Program-made: the position numbers and the translations under genes
Virus record (IMG/VR): IMGVR_UViG_3300032237_001138
Location: 1-29,845 of that record
Origin: a virus
Lineage: Duplodnaviria; Caudoviricetes
Direction: 5' to 3' (one strand)
DNA length: 29,845 nucleotides
Shown here: positions 28,328 through 29,845 of the stretch, piece after piece
Position numbering within the stretch: the first letter of the stretch is position 1
Layout: every line of letters begins with the position of its first letter
The notes under the pieces: generated by a model
The model's input: the letters and a program-made list of their open reading frames with translations, nothing else
Database searches by the model: none
Told to the model about the DNA's origin: nothing

Positions 28328-28737
28328 TGATAAAACTTATAAATATATTAAACGAAGTTGAACTAAATAAATGTCCTGCTCCTACTCAAAACATTGAACT
28401 TAATCTTCAAAATAGACAAAAGGCAATTAATGAATATGGATATGGACCTTTAAATCCAAATGAACCAAATAATAAATTTTGGCAAGTAAAAGCAGATATG
28501 TGGAAGCTTGATTCTGTAGAAGAAGCTAAATCATCTCGTTGTGGTAATTGTGCTGCATTTGATATTACTAAAAAAACTTTAGACTGTATAGCTAAAGGCA
28601 TCGGCACAGATGGAGGTAGTGAAGATCCACATGATGTAATAGAAGCTGGTGAATTAGGATACTGTAGATTTTTAAAATTTAAATGTGCTGCTGCTCGAAC
28701 TTGTGATGCTTGGGTAGTTGGAGGTCCTATAAAATAA
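28327..28737 (+). CDS. Cys-rich protein with HiPIP-like cysteine spacing and MIKLxxILxE leader
   Basis: RCGNCAAF...GYCRFL.FKC....TCDAW; starts MIKLINILNE. Confidence 0.6.
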   Translation: MIKLINILNEVELNKCPAPTQNIELNLQNRQKAINEYGYGPLNPNEPNNKFWQVKADMWKLDSVEEAKSSRCGNCAAFDITKKTLDCIAKGIGTDGGSEDPHDVIEAGELGYCRFLKFKCAAARTCDAWVVGGPIK

Positions 28738-28749
28738 CCATTTATTAAT

Positions 28750-29172
28750 ATGATCAAACTAACAGACATACTATTAGAAATACTAACTGAAAAGAAACTT
28801 TGCAAAAAGGGTGAAGCATATCGTCAAAGAAGAATGAAACCTAAATCTAAAGGAGGTGGTGGTGAAAAATCATCTGCTTATCTTTCAGGTCGCGCTTTAA
28901 AAGTATGTCAAGGGTTAATGGAAGAAAATGATTTAGATGAATCTTTAGACGATTGGTTTGAAGAAAAATGGGTTCGTATTAATACAGCTGGTAAAATAAC
29001 TGGTCCTTGTGGTACAATGAAAAAAGGACATAAAACAACACGCTGTTTACCTCGCGCTAAAGCAAATTCACTGACTAAAGCAGAACGAGCAGCAACATCA
29101 AAGAAAAAAGCAGCAAGTAAAAAACAGTTTGTATCAAACACTAAAAAAGCTAAAGTACATCTAAATAAATAA
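28750..29172 (+). CDS. Basic hypothetical protein with MIKLxxILxE leader
   Basis: Starts MIKLTDILLEILTE; two Lys-rich modules split by acidic LMEENDLDE; LDDWFEEKW...GPCG...RCLP. Confidence 0.75.
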   Translation: MIKLTDILLEILTEKKLCKKGEAYRQRRMKPKSKGGGGEKSSAYLSGRALKVCQGLMEENDLDESLDDWFEEKWVRINTAGKITGPCGTMKKGHKTTRCLPRAKANSLTKAERAATSKKKAASKKQFVSNTKKAKVHLNK

Positions 29173-29176
29173 AAGT

Positions 29177-29845
29177 ATGAAAGTAGCAGAATTAAAACAG
29201 CTTATTTTAGAAATCATTAATGAAGAATTAAATGAAGATAGAGTAGATTATTTTATAGATAGAGATGAAAATCAATTTCAAACTGTCGATGTAAATTATC
29301 TACAAAACCCAGGCCTAGTGATGGTAAAATATGATGACGGCGAACCAGTAGAATATAATGGTAATTTAGAAGCTGATTTAAAAACAGGTATTGTTAAACG
29401 CTTAAATAGTGAAATTAATGAAGCGTTTTTTATTGGTGAAAGTAAAACTATTGAATGTGAAAATTGCGGTTGGGAGTGGAAATTAGATGATGGTGGAACT
29501 GATCCCTATGTTTGTCATAAATGTGGACATGATAATATCAATCAAATAGATGAATATGATGTTAATGAAAATGATTTATATGAGGTAAAAGACTTTATTA
29601 GATTCATGAAAGAATATAAAACATTCTTAACCGAAGCCTCATGTAACTGTGTAACAGAAGCGGAATATCATGGTCGTAAAGTACAATTGGGCAAACCAAT
29701 GCAAGGCGACATTAAGAAATTTAAAGTATACGTTAAAAATAACAAAGGTAAAGTTGTAAAGGTTAATTTTGGATTTGGCGGAAAGTCAGCACACGGTAAA
29801 CGCATGGTGATTAAAGCTAAAAATCCAAAACGCCGTAGCGCATAC
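29177..29845 (+). CDS. Partial modular protein (zinc ribbon plus basic domain), runs off window
   Basis: Not in ORF track (no stop); manual translation MKVAELKQLILEIINEELNE...CENCGWEW...CHKCGH...FLTEA...KFKVYVKN.KGKVVKVNFG, open to window end. Confidence 0.8.
   Translation, partial: MKVAELKQLILEIINEELNEDRVDYFIDRDENQFQTVDVNYLQNPGLVMVKYDDGEPVEYNGNLEADLKTGIVKRLNSEINEAFFIGESKTIECENCGWEWKLDDGGTDPYVCHKCGHDNINQIDEYDVNENDLYEVKDFIRFMKEYKTFLTEASCNCVTEAEYHGRKVQLGKPMQGDIKKFKVYVKNNKGKVVKVNFGFGGKSAHGKRMVIKAKNPKRRSAY

Noticed and set aside
4782-29141. Minus-strand ORFs in the track (e.g. 4782..5108, 21535..21906, 28407..28805)
   Set aside because: All are antisense to well-supported + strand genes and show no recognisable motifs.
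1-29845. Stop-codon reassignment, tRNA or rRNA genes
   Set aside because: Standard code gives dense intact ORFs; no tRNA cloverleaf or rRNA-like sequence recognised by eye.

Overview
AT-rich window with every credible gene on the + strand, most consistent with a large T4-like (myovirus-type) dsDNA phage. The host is probably Bacteroidota: TTTG-N19/20-TAnnTT(TG) promoters are present and Shine-Dalgarno sites are not evident. Layout: short hypothetical genes and a GC-rich, GATC-rich non-coding stretch (1-2450); a gp55-like late sigma factor; a baseplate/tail module (gp5-like, SH3b protein, gp25, gp6, large wedge-like protein, three fibre-attachment-like proteins); then primase, a PD-(D/E)xK exonuclease, GIY-YIG endonucleases and a cluster of accessory genes. 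The main unexplained pattern is a 10-aa N-terminal leader, MIKLxxILxE, on at least six otherwise unrelated proteins. It resembles the T4 capsid-targeting sequence cut by prohead protease. The cluster also holds a 771-aa apparent polyprotein (nucleotidyltransferase, HxGH nucleotidyltransferase, ParB-like domain, HExxH peptidase) with L/M-x-E sites at each domain boundary. Together these suggest a set of head-packaged, injected enzymes. Other patterns: an ATATTTAT late-promoter motif often exactly 4 nt before ATG, strong [S/T]GS enrichment in a subset of virion proteins, and a G-quadruplex-like tract. All family calls come from motif recognition by eye, not database searches.
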